Virus record (IMG/VR): IMGVR_UViG_2865147665_000001
Location: 45,563-65,562 of that record
Reading direction: 5' to 3' (one strand)
DNA length: 20,000 nucleotides
Source of the DNA: an uncultured virus (IMG/VR IMGVR_UViG_2865147665_000001)
Taxonomy: Duplodnaviria; Heunggongvirae; Uroviricota; Caudoviricetes
The notes below the pieces were generated by a model that was not told the DNA's origin, did no database searches, and saw nothing but the letters and a program-made list of their open reading frames with translations. A program made the position numbers and the translations under genes. Shown in pieces: positions 7,909 through 16,782 of this stretch. Position 1 is the first letter of the stretch. Every line of letters starts with the position of its first letter.

Positions 7909-10900
7909 TTACTCACCTGTCAGCTCTTCCTCGGTCACCGTGAGGTCAGCAGGCAGCACGCCATCGATGATGTAGGTGCGCAGGAGCTTGTCCAGCATCG
8001 CACGAACCTTGAACTTCGACACTGGTGCGCCAGTGACCTCGGTGAAGTAGGCGGTAGCCAAGTCGAGGTCAATGGATGCCTTGAGGTCATCGAAACGCCC
8101 GTACTCGTTGATGGTTGCTGCCGTAACACGGCTGTCGAGTATTCGGCGCAATAGTCCCGTATCCAGCCCCAGTCGCTCATGAAGACGTGCCAGCTGCCGG
8201 TCACGCTCGGTGATGCGGTACTCGTTGATGTAGTCCTGCACTGTCTTGCCCGGTTGCAGGGCCACGTCGCCTGCCTGGAGATCATGCAGCCAACGGTTAG
8301 CGTAGCGCTGGTCGTCTTGGCTTAGGCGGGCGAAACTATCATGTAGCTGCTCCAGCAGATCATCGAGCATGTGCTCTGCCACGCCGTCCTGGAGTGCCTT
8401 GAGGTACTTCTCAAACTTGCTGTTGAGGTACTCGGCATCGATGCGGTCGGTGTCGATGTGCGTGATGTGCACGTCAATATCGAAGGGCGCGTCATCTGCC
8501 CCACCGGGTGGGTCAGTTGGATCGCCTCCCTCCTTGCCAAGTTCCTTGTAACGGGTGAGCAATGTGGTGAAGACGTCCTCGGTGAGCGTTACCACGATAG
8601 GTTCAGGGAGTGCATCGAAGTAGTAGGTGTCCTTCTCCCAGGTAAAGCCCTGCACCTGTGCTGCCTGGAGTTCGCGGTACATCCGATTGAAGGTCTTGGC
8701 GAACTCGCCCTGGTCAGCCTCAGAATCGGGCAGCTTCGAGAAGTCCGTCTGGCCGGTCGCCGGGTCAGTGAACAGCACTGTAATGATCTCAAAACATTCA
8801 TTGATGGCCTTAAGGTGCTCGTCGAGGTGGTCCACGAACAGGCCGAAAGGCTTGTCACCTGAATACAGCTTCACCGCACGGTCGATGTTGTTCTTCATCG
8901 TGTGTGGCTTGCGGTAGTAGCGGATGGAACCGAACGGCTTTTCCGGGCCGAAGATGCGGTTGGTGCGTGAAAAGGCCTGGATAATGGACTCGTATTCGAT
9001 AACCTTGTCCATGTAGAGGGTGCTGAGCCACTTGGAGTCGAAGCCGGTGAGCATCTGGTCCACCACGATGAGTAGGTCAATGTGCTGGCTACGGTCATCG
9101 AGGAAGGCCTTGGTGTTGTAGGGCGCCTTGTGGGCCAGGCGCTTGGAAACATCCTTCTTAAACTCATCGTGAGTCGGCATGGTGAAGTGCTGGCCATAGG
9201 CAGCGTTGTAGTCGCGGAGAATCTCCAGCAAACCGTCTTCCTTGAACAGCTGACTGTCACCAGTGTTGTCGATATTAGGATCAAACAGCGCCGTGACCTT
9301 AATGTGCGGGTACTGCGCCTTGAAGATGCGGTAGTACTCCACTGCTTCAGGGATGCTGGAGGTCGCCAGGATGGCATGGAACATACTGCCCCGACTCAAC
9401 TGTGCCCAGTGCTCGTTAATGTCGCGGGCAACCGCCTGGCGGTGGTTGTCTTGACGGTACTGAGTGATAGGCAGGTAGTCTTCGATACCCTTGGCGACAC
9501 GCTTGGTACCACTGTCGGTGTCTGTCTCATAGACGCTGGCCATCGGGACCTGGTCCTTGTCCATAAACTTGTAGTAGACAGCCGCCTTCTTGGGGTCCGC
9601 CAGAGCCTCGTCCACGGACGTGGCCTTGGCCTCCTGGAGAGCAACCACAGTGCGCACATCATGCGCCCGGAAGGTTTCCACCATCTCCGGGTCGAAGCCG
9701 AGGACGTTACCGTCGCGAATACCGTCGGCAATTGAATAGCGGTGCAGCTCATTGCCAAACAGCGTGGTCGTGGTGGAGTGCTTCTTCTGGTTCTCGTCGT
9801 GGATGGGCGTGCCGGTGAACCCAAAGAACAGCGCGTTCGGCAAAGTGCGCTTAATGGTCGCGAGCATGTCACCAAAGGTGGTGCGGTGTGCCTCATCGAC
9901 GATGAACACCACACGCTTGGAGCGGATGATGTCCAGGTCGGCTTTCTTGACGGAATCAGCATTAACCCTGCTCATCTTGTGCAGGGAGGTCACGATGAGG
10001 GTGGAGTGCTTGTTCTTGAGCAACGTTATCAACGTGGCAGCACTGGAGGTATCTTCCACGGCGATGCTGTCGCCACCGTAGCTTTCGTAGTTCTCCAACG
10101 ACTGCGTGCCCAGCTCCACACGGTCGAGGAGGAACACTACCTTGTCGGCGTTGTGGGAGTCTGCGATAAGCTGCGCGGTCTTGAAGCTGGTAATCGTCTT
10201 GCCAGAGCCGGTGGTGTGCCAGATGTAGCCACCGAGTTGGTCACCACTGTCCCAGTCGTGACGGTCCACACGGTCAGCGATACGAGAGGCTGCGTAGTAC
10301 TGGTAGGAACGCATGGCCAACAGGTTGCCAGAGGCCCGGTCGGCGACAGTGTAGAAACCAATGAGCTGGTGCGCCATCGGAATAGACAGTAGTGCTCGTG
10401 CCACATCGTCCCACTGGTTGACCGGCTCGTTGTTGAAATCCGCCCAGTGGAAGAAGTAGTCCGGGTTGAACTTAGCTGACCCTGGGTTGGCGAAGTAGAG
10501 TGTTTCCTCCGGGGTCATCGCCACAAAGATTTGCACCAGAGAGAAGATGCCCTGGTAGACGCCCTCGTGGGCGTACTTGGCTACCTGGTTGGCGCCTTGC
10601 GAGACAGGCACGCCTGAGCGCTTGAGTTCGATGTGGAAGACCGGCATACCGTTGATGAGCAGCATCAGGTCGCCGCGTCGTTTCGGCAGCAGCTCATCAG
10701 CGGTCTTGAAACGAGGCTGGACGGCAATCTGGTAGCGCGACTGGCCACCGGCAATCTCCAGGCGGTCATATATTTTCAGGCTGACTTCCACGCCGAAGTT
10801 GTGGGCCTGCGGCGCATCACGGGTGATGGTGACTGTGCGACCGTTGATGAACTCGTTGAGAGCCAACGGCGTGCGCAGCACGTTGATCTGCTCGATGATT

Positions 10901-11100
10901 TGCGCCATCTCGCCCTCGGTGAGTGGCACATCGCCCAGCAGGTCACGGCCCCGGTTGTTGGCGTAGAGAATGTTGGCCCAGTTGTCGATGAGCTGTTGTT
11001 CCGTCGGGTAGCGCAGTAGCTCATCGCTCCAACCGTGGCGGGTGAGCAGGTCGATGAGCGCCGCCTCGAACTCAGCCTCGCAGCGAAATGATGTGGTCAT
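7909..11100 (-). CDS. hsdR: Type I restriction enzyme, restriction subunit R
   Basis: Nuclease motif GDLMLLINGMPVFHIELK; helicase motifs HTTGSGKT, DEAH, GFTGTP, MLTGFD, QAFSRTNR; AGGAG RBS at 11106-11110. Confidence 0.97.
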   Translation of the reverse strand: MTTSFRCEAEFEAALIDLLTRHGWSDELLRYPTEQQLIDNWANILYANNRGRDLLGDVPLTEGEMAQIIEQINVLRTPLALNEFINGRTVTITRDAPQAHNFGVEVSLKIYDRLEIAGGQSRYQIAVQPRFKTADELLPKRRGDLMLLINGMPVFHIELKRSGVPVSQGANQVAKYAHEGVYQGIFSLVQIFVAMTPEETLYFANPGSAKFNPDYFFHWADFNNEPVNQWDDVARALLSIPMAHQLIGFYTVADRASGNLLAMRSYQYYAASRIADRVDRHDWDSGDQLGGYIWHTTGSGKTITSFKTAQLIADSHNADKVVFLLDRVELGTQSLENYESYGGDSIAVEDTSSAATLITLLKNKHSTLIVTSLHKMSRVNADSVKKADLDIIRSKRVVFIVDEAHRTTFGDMLATIKRTLPNALFFGFTGTPIHDENQKKHSTTTTLFGNELHRYSIADGIRDGNVLGFDPEMVETFRAHDVRTVVALQEAKATSVDEALADPKKAAVYYKFMDKDQVPMASVYETDTDSGTKRVAKGIEDYLPITQYRQDNHRQAVARDINEHWAQLSRGSMFHAILATSSIPEAVEYYRIFKAQYPHIKVTALFDPNIDNTGDSQLFKEDGLLEILRDYNAAYGQHFTMPTHDEFKKDVSKRLAHKAPYNTKAFLDDRSQHIDLLIVVDQMLTGFDSKWLSTLYMDKVIEYESIIQAFSRTNRIFGPEKPFGSIRYYRKPHTMKNNIDRAVKLYSGDKPFGLFVDHLDEHLKAINECFEIITVLFTDPATGQTDFSKLPDSEADQGEFAKTFNRMYRELQAAQVQGFTWEKDTYYFDALPEPIVVTLTEDVFTTLLTRYKELGKEGGDPTDPPGGADDAPFDIDVHITHIDTDRIDAEYLNSKFEKYLKALQDGVAEHMLDDLLEQLHDSFARLSQDDQRYANRWLHDLQAGDVALQPGKTVQDYINEYRITERDRQLARLHERLGLDTGLLRRILDSRVTAATINEYGRFDDLKASIDLDLATAYFTEVTGAPVSKFKVRAMLDKLLRTYIIDGVLPADLTVTEEELTGE

Positions 11101-11109
11101 GACAGCTCC

Positions 11110-12339
11110 TTAGATGAACATCCGTTGCAGCAGCGCCGTCTTGGCTTGCTTGAGGGACTCGATGTACTGAGCCTCAGCGGCAATGAGGGAATCTAGCCGG
11201 GTAAACACTGCGCCGATGGCCTGTTGTTCTTCGAGGGTGGGTGGAATGAAGACTTCCAAGTTCTTTACTAAGGCGCCGGACAGATTACCTTGCCCGCCTT
11301 GCAGGTACGTGTCAGTGATGTTCTTCTTGTTCATCCTTAGCCATGCCACTAGGTAGGCAGCGTTAAACCCATCACGTGGAATTAGCGCGAGAATCGCCTG
11401 GTTAATGGCACCTTCAATCTTAGCTAGGCTTACTTCACCCGCAGTCGCACCATAAAGCGCGTAGAGCACCCACCCTGGCTGAACCATCTTGGCAGAACTG
11501 AAATGAAGCCCTGCCTCAGTAAGGGTTAACTCAGTGAATGAGCTAGAAATTTCTGAGGAACGGATAAAGGGGATGTCCCCACCGTAGAACGCGTTTGTGC
11601 CAACAGTAGGTGTTCCCCCAGAAAACGAGTCTGCGATTGCTCCTACCTTAACGACATCCCACTCACCGTCGAATCCCTCCAGCCGCAGCTCGGGCACTGT
11701 CTGGCCCTCCTGCGGGAACATGCACTGCATGAGCGCCGTCTTGGCCTGCTGCAGCGCCTTGTGCTTGAGCATGTGCTGGTTGATGGCCGCGTCGAGATTG
11801 GTGAAGATAGCGCCGATGGCCTGCTGTTCTTCGAGGGTGGGTGCAAGCGTAACGGGAACTTCCAGGAAGTCTTGAGCAGATATGTTGAGCAAGCCGTGGT
11901 TTCGCGCGCCTTCAGCGGAATTGGCTTCTACAAACCTATGCCAGCTGGAAGTTTCAAAGAAAGTGACTAGGAAATCTCCATCAATGGGTGGATGTTCCAA
12001 GAGTCGAAACACAATGTAGAGAGATGACAGGACGCCACGGTCGTACTTGTCGAGACGTTTTACAGTTCCAACAGGATGTCCGGCTGAAAAGCTTTTGTTA
12101 TATGCAAATTCACCATTCTCTACGAGCAGATAGTTTCGGAGATTCGCACTGGCCACTCGATTGTTGAAGTAGGTGATCTGATCCACCAGACCGTACTGAG
12201 CAGAGATAGTAAGCGGTAGGGTGCTTTGCAGGTCTGTGTTCTTCCGCTGCACCCTTTCAGTGAAGGTGTTCAGAGGCACAGTCTCCCACTCACCATCGAA
12301 GCCCTCCAGCCGCAGTGCGGGTACGTTCTGCTTAGGCAT
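11110..12339 (-). CDS. hsdS: Type I R-M specificity subunit S (two TRDs)
   Basis: Duplicated conserved blocks VP(A/E)LRLEGFDGEW, PTLEEQQAIGA and QAKTAL(M/L)QxMF flank two variable regions; ATG 12339 overlaps the hsdM stop. Confidence 0.96.
   Translation of the reverse strand: MPKQNVPALRLEGFDGEWETVPLNTFTERVQRKNTDLQSTLPLTISAQYGLVDQITYFNNRVASANLRNYLLVENGEFAYNKSFSAGHPVGTVKRLDKYDRGVLSSLYIVFRLLEHPPIDGDFLVTFFETSSWHRFVEANSAEGARNHGLLNISAQDFLEVPVTLAPTLEEQQAIGAIFTNLDAAINQHMLKHKALQQAKTALMQCMFPQEGQTVPELRLEGFDGEWDVVKVGAIADSFSGGTPTVGTNAFYGGDIPFIRSSEISSSFTELTLTEAGLHFSSAKMVQPGWVLYALYGATAGEVSLAKIEGAINQAILALIPRDGFNAAYLVAWLRMNKKNITDTYLQGGQGNLSGALVKNLEVFIPPTLEEQQAIGAVFTRLDSLIAAEAQYIESLKQAKTALLQRMFI
11132..12315. 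repeat. Direct repeats within hsdS (conserved regions)
   Basis: 11210-11243 vs 11810-11843 (33/34 identical); 11657-11688 vs 12284-12315 (30/32); 11132-11145 vs 11732-11745 (14/14). Confidence 0.9.
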
Positions 12340-14929
12340 CACGACCACCGCCCAGCAGCTCTTGCAGTGCAGTTACAGCCTGCATATCGGCAGTGTTGCC
12401 CGTGAGTCCACTGAGCAGGCTAGCCAGCTGCTGCTCCGTCTCGCGAATCTGCACGTCGAGGTCGGTCAGCGCTACCGCGTACTTGTCGTGCAGCGCCTGA
12501 ACGCGGGCTGCAAGACCTGCAAGCACGTGACCAGGGATGTCCCGCAGGTCATCCATGAGTGCAGTGATCCACTTGGCGGTGAGCACTTCGTCTACCTGCG
12601 CGTCGGTGAGCGCTTCGATGGTGGCGTAGGTGTCTGCCTCAAGCTGCTGTTCGGCAACCTTGAGGTCCTTCTTGAGTGTGTCACGCTGCTCGATGAGGGC
12701 CTTGGCGCTGAGCATGACAGCCTCGACACTGCCCTCCGGCCAGGTCTGGCCCTTGGGTAGCTTCGGTAGCTCCTTGATGGCCTTCTTCAGTGCAGCAGCA
12801 GTGAAAGCATCCTGCTTATCGTTGAGTACCTCGGCCAGGTCGGTCTTGTCATCTTCGCTCAAGCTCTCGATGAGCTGCGTCAGCTCCGATACCGCTGTGT
12901 CTAGGTCACGGCTCAGCTGGGTTACTTGGTCCTTGAGCTGCGGCAGGTAGAGTTCCTGCACCAACTCATTGGGGGCGATACGCCCCTCCCAGCCGACCTG
13001 GACTTCTTCCTTCTTACCCTTGCGGGTCTTCATCTCCATGACAGGGTCGTTGACCCGCACGGCGTCTAGGCCTTCGGTCTGGATGACCTCTAGGTCAGCA
13101 GCAGTGTTGATCCAGCTGTCATGGAGAACCTGGTAGCCCTCGTAGGCATCAACCAGCGGTACAGGGTCGAGCCGGTCGAATAGGCCAGCCTTGAGCTGGT
13201 CTTCGGTGGTGTTGAGTGGCACGGTGGCGGCGCTGTCCACAAGCAGCGCATGCAGCTTCTCTGGCAGGTCAGATAGTGCTGCATTGACCTGGTCACGCAG
13301 TGCCTGAGCTGCAGGGTGCTGGTCGACAGCCTCACGGAGGTTAGTGGTGTTCAGCTCCGCGTAGCCATTGGCGTTTTCGGTGAACAGAGCCTCACGCAGA
13401 CCAGGCAGCGCAGTCCAGTAGTGCTCCAGGGCGTCAATCTCCGACACTGGAATACCACCGTGCATGGTGGCGTACAGGTCTACAGCCTCCGGCGGCAGGG
13501 TGGCAGACACGTAGCGCGGAATGTTGAGGTTATGGTCGTTCTCGCGAATCTCGTCGCGGGTCACGACCTTAGCGAAGTGTGGCACGTCCTCACGGTTGTG
13601 GACAGCATCAACGATCCGCTGGATGTCGCGGGCACGCAGGTGGTTGTACTTACCCTGCTTAACGAAGCCTTGAGAAGCATCGATGAACAGCACGTCATCG
13701 CGGTCACGCTCCTGCTTGAGCACCAGGATGATGGTGGCAATGCCCGTGCCGTAGAAGATGTTGGAGGGCAGGCCGATGACGGCATCGATGTGGTTGGCCT
13801 CGATGAGATTGCGACGGATGTCAGCCTCAGAGCCACCACGGAACAACACGCCGTGCGGCAAGACGATGGTGAGAATACCGTCGGGCTTGACGTGGAACAG
13901 CTCATGCAGCAGGAAGGCGTAGTCAGCCTTGGTCTTGGGCGCCAGACCAAACCGTGAGAAGCGTGGGTCAGCCTCGTTACCTTCCGGCTCCCACTTCTGG
14001 GAATATGGCGGGTTGGAGACAACCGCGTCCACGTAGAGCGGCTGGTAGGTCTGCACCGGGTCGGACTCGTCGAACATTGGCCAGTCATGAGCCAGGCTGT
14101 CACCGTTGCGAGCGACAATATTGTCAGCCTTCACGCCACGCATGACCAGGTTCATTCGCGTGAGGTTGTACGTGTTCTCGCGCAGTTCCTGGGCAAAATA
14201 CTTGATGCGGCTTGGGTCGCCCATGCGCTTGGCAACGGCTTGGCCGATATTGAGTAGCAGGGAGCCAGAGCCAGAGGTCGGGTCATAGATTTGAATCTCC
14301 TCGCGGCCCTTGAGGTGGTCGGCGACGATGTTGCTCATGATGAGCGAGACTTCGTGTGGGGTGTAGAACTCGCCCGCCTTCTTACCTGCGTTGGCCGCGA
14401 ACTTCTCGATGAGGTACTCGTAAATGTAGCCGAGCACGTCATAGCCCTGCTTGCCGTCGGTGGGGATGTCGTCGATAAGCTCCAGTAGCTTTTTGATGGC
14501 AGCGGTTCGTGCGGTATCGGTAGTGCCGAGCTTGGACAGGCCGGTCTCAAGGGTGTTGAAGATGTCCTCGAAGACATGCTTGCGCTCTGGAGCAATGTTG
14601 CGCTTGAACGTGGCTAACCCTTCACGCACGTGCGCGATGGAGAAATCGTTGCCCATGTCCCGCCACGTGGAGTACAGGTTCTCGTAGGTGAGGAAGTATC
14701 CCAAGTTGTTGCGCACCAGGGATACAGTGTCGGTGTCCGTCTCAACCAGAGCATCAGGCAGGTCTTCCGGCTCAGCGTCGTTGAGTAGCAGGAACTGCTC
14801 GACCTGGTCCGAGAGGAACTTATAGAAGATGAAGCCGAGGATGTAATCCTTATACTCGTTGGCTTCAATTTTGGAGCGCATATTGTTGGCCGATTCCCAG
14901 ATGCGGTTGGCCAGTTCTTGTTTGTTCAC
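12332..14929 (-). CDS. hsdM: Type I R-M N6-adenine methyltransferase subunit M with long C-terminal extension
   Basis: Typical N-terminus NKQELANRIWESANNMR, GEFYTP, motif I DPTSGSGSLL, motif IV NPPY. GTG 14929 preceded by GAGG is preferred over the ORF-track start at 15022. Confidence 0.96.
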   Translation of the reverse strand: MNKQELANRIWESANNMRSKIEANEYKDYILGFIFYKFLSDQVEQFLLLNDAEPEDLPDALVETDTDTVSLVRNNLGYFLTYENLYSTWRDMGNDFSIAHVREGLATFKRNIAPERKHVFEDIFNTLETGLSKLGTTDTARTAAIKKLLELIDDIPTDGKQGYDVLGYIYEYLIEKFAANAGKKAGEFYTPHEVSLIMSNIVADHLKGREEIQIYDPTSGSGSLLLNIGQAVAKRMGDPSRIKYFAQELRENTYNLTRMNLVMRGVKADNIVARNGDSLAHDWPMFDESDPVQTYQPLYVDAVVSNPPYSQKWEPEGNEADPRFSRFGLAPKTKADYAFLLHELFHVKPDGILTIVLPHGVLFRGGSEADIRRNLIEANHIDAVIGLPSNIFYGTGIATIILVLKQERDRDDVLFIDASQGFVKQGKYNHLRARDIQRIVDAVHNREDVPHFAKVVTRDEIRENDHNLNIPRYVSATLPPEAVDLYATMHGGIPVSEIDALEHYWTALPGLREALFTENANGYAELNTTNLREAVDQHPAAQALRDQVNAALSDLPEKLHALLVDSAATVPLNTTEDQLKAGLFDRLDPVPLVDAYEGYQVLHDSWINTAADLEVIQTEGLDAVRVNDPVMEMKTRKGKKEEVQVGWEGRIAPNELVQELYLPQLKDQVTQLSRDLDTAVSELTQLIESLSEDDKTDLAEVLNDKQDAFTAAALKKAIKELPKLPKGQTWPEGSVEAVMLSAKALIEQRDTLKKDLKVAEQQLEADTYATIEALTDAQVDEVLTAKWITALMDDLRDIPGHVLAGLAARVQALHDKYAVALTDLDVQIRETEQQLASLLSGLTGNTADMQAVTALQELLGGGRDA

Positions 14930-14940
14930 GAGGACCTCAC

Positions 14941-15078
14941 TGTTCATAATCGCTCGATTATGGACACCTCTGGACGGAGAGGGTCGAGACGTGACTCGCA
15001 ACGCCCGAAAGATGTTCCACAATCGCTGTTCTGGTTCTCCATTGTACCATAACTGACCAATTGACGATTATGGAACAT
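14941..15078. promoter_or_regulatory. Array of TGTTCCATAATCG-like half-sites (candidate res site / operator) overlapping the hsdM promoter
   Basis: Half-sites at 14941-14952 (+), 14955-14966 (-), 15013-15025 (+), 15043-15055 (+, degenerate) and 15065-15077 (-). Confidence 0.6.
15039..15049 (-). promoter_or_regulatory. Putative extended -10 promoter of the hsdM-hsdS-hsdR-resolvase operon
   Basis: Minus strand reads TGG-TACAAT-GG (TGn extension plus TAnnnT), about 110 nt upstream of hsdM; no clear -35. Confidence 0.55.
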
Positions 15079-15138
15079 ATAGTTTCGCTTGTTGCGGTAA
15101 CTACCCTGCACGGTGTCCGACCTTGTGCGAAGATTCCT

Positions 15139-16593
15139 GGCTCTTCTCGATTTAGAGTGCGTTGATCCGGTCCTGCAGCTGGCCGGAGTGGATCAGCGAC
15201 CGCAAGATGTAGTGGTCGAGGTTCCTGAACCCTAGGGCGATGCCGCGTAGATGCTCCAGCCTGCCGTTGATGGCCTCGACCGGACCGTTGGATGCGCCGA
15301 TATCGAAGTACGCCAGGATGTCGTGCCGTCGGCGCCACAGGGTCCGGCCGAGTTGCGCCAGCTCCTCCAGCCCCGTCGGTAGGCCCTTGCGCAGGGTGCC
15401 GATCACCCTGCCCATCAACTTCTTGCCCCGCGCTCTGTCCGGCTGACCATAGGCACTGACCAGGTCCTGGTAGAACTCCCAGGTCACCTGCAACGCGACG
15501 TAGTCATCGTCGGTGTCCCACAGCCGATCCAGGCGCTGGCGCTGCCGGTCGGTGAGGAAATCGGTCCTGGTCAGCAGCGCCCGGCGGTGCTTGTACAGCG
15601 GATCGTCTTTCTGCCCCCGACGTCCGGTGGTTTCTCGCTGCAGGCGTTGCCGACACCCGCTGAGCTTCTCTGCAGCCAGGTGGACGACGTGGAACGGGTC
15701 CATGACTTTGCGCGCCGCAGGGAGAGAGTGGTCGACGGCGGTGGCGTAGCCGGTGAACCCGTCCATCGTCACGACCTGCACCCCGGCCCGGAAGTCCGGG
15801 TCCCGCTCACCCAGCCAGGTTTTCAGGACGTCTGCGGACCGCCCCGGGCGCATGTCGATCAGACGTGCCGGGCCTGCCCCGTCGGTCAGCGGGGTCAGGT
15901 CCACCAGCACGGTGACCATCGAAGACGGCTCGCCGGGTCGGCGGGTGTGTTTCCAGACGTGCTCATCGACGCCGAGGACCCGGACCCCAGCCAGGTGGGA
16001 GGGGTCAGCGTAGACCATGCTCCGGGCCGCGGTGACGGCGACGGTATTGACCAACTCCCAGCCGATTCCGAGAGCCTTCGCCGTGGCGGCCACGCTCATA
16101 CGGTCGATGGCGAGGCGTTGGAGGATCCAGCGGGTCACCCGGTGGGTGAGTTTCGCCCCGTCGTCAGCGCAGGCCAGTGAGGTCTGGAAGATCTTCCTGC
16201 TGCAGGTGGGGTTGGTGCATGTGAAGCGGGGTACCCGGACGTTCAGGCGGGTGGGGAACCCCACGACCGGTAGGTCGACGAGTCGACGTCGGATGTGGTC
16301 CCGCTTCACCCCAGGCATCGCGCAGTCCGGGCAGGTGTCGGCTACGTCCACCGGCTCGGCGTTGATGATGGTGAGGGTGCCGGCGTCGGCGGCATCGGTG
16401 ATCGTCAGACCGAGTTCTGCGGTGCGGCAGATGGTGTCGGCGACGAGGTTGCCAGTAGGGTGCACGGTAGGGTCCTGGTTCGGTCAGATGGAAGCTTCGC
16501 AACTCTCATCTTGTACCGGCCAGGGCCTCTGTATGTTGTACCACCCCGCGTCCCGCCCTTCAGCTATCTACGCACTCCGAACCGCGAAGAGCC
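15139..16593 (-). mobile_element. ISL3-family insertion sequence, 1455 bp, intact
   Basis: 24-bp terminal inverted repeats GGCTCTTCTCGATTTAGAGTGCGT / GGCTCTTCGCGGTTCGGAGTGCGT (20/24); perfect 8-bp target duplication AGATTCCT at 15131-15138 and 16594-16601. Confidence 0.96.
15152..16465 (-). CDS. ISL3-family transposase
   Basis: Zinc finger CPDC...CTNPTC, LGVDEH, VTMDGFTGY, DPFHVV, SNGPVEAIN, GFRN; the stop codon lies inside the terminal IR. Confidence 0.96.
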   Translation of the reverse strand: MHPTGNLVADTICRTAELGLTITDAADAGTLTIINAEPVDVADTCPDCAMPGVKRDHIRRRLVDLPVVGFPTRLNVRVPRFTCTNPTCSRKIFQTSLACADDGAKLTHRVTRWILQRLAIDRMSVAATAKALGIGWELVNTVAVTAARSMVYADPSHLAGVRVLGVDEHVWKHTRRPGEPSSMVTVLVDLTPLTDGAGPARLIDMRPGRSADVLKTWLGERDPDFRAGVQVVTMDGFTGYATAVDHSLPAARKVMDPFHVVHLAAEKLSGCRQRLQRETTGRRGQKDDPLYKHRRALLTRTDFLTDRQRQRLDRLWDTDDDYVALQVTWEFYQDLVSAYGQPDRARGKKLMGRVIGTLRKGLPTGLEELAQLGRTLWRRRHDILAYFDIGASNGPVEAINGRLEHLRGIALGFRNLDHYILRSLIHSGQLQDRINAL

Positions 16594-16622
16594 AGATTCC
16601 TACCGAACGTCGTGGTTGAGAC

Positions 16623-16650
16623 AAAAAGAGTCCCCTCCCCCGAGGGACTC
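16623..16650 (-). terminator. Possible intrinsic terminator (last hairpin of the 16628-16705 cluster)
   Basis: Stem GAGTCCC/GGGACTC followed on the minus strand by TTTTT. Confidence 0.5.
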
Positions 16651-16707
16651 ACGAAAGTTGCCCTCCCCCCGAGCAACAGTGGCTCCCACGGCGTTCTCCA
16701 TACGCTG

Positions 16708-16749
16708 AAAAAATAAGCCCTACCTGCCATGAGTGGCAGGTAGGGCTTA
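16708..16749 (-). terminator. Intrinsic terminator of ardA
   Basis: Perfect 16-bp stem TAAGCCCTACCTGCCA/TGGCAGGTAGGGCTTA with a 4-nt loop, followed by T6 on the minus strand, 33 nt after the ardA stop. Confidence 0.85.
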
Positions 16750-16782
16750 AGCGCACATGTGTCGATTGCAGAGCTATTTCTA

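Noticed and set aside
7340..12339. Phase-variable hsdS shufflon driven by the small serine recombinase
   Set aside because: Only one hsdS, no silent TRD cassettes, and its repeats are direct rather than inverted.
14930..15022. N-terminal extension of hsdM in the ORF track
   Set aside because: The HsdM-like sequence begins at NKQEL (GTG 14929 with GAGG); the extension runs through the repeat/promoter region.
15061..15083. + strand TTGACG...TATAGT promoter
   Set aside because: Spacer is only 11 nt and no + strand gene follows.
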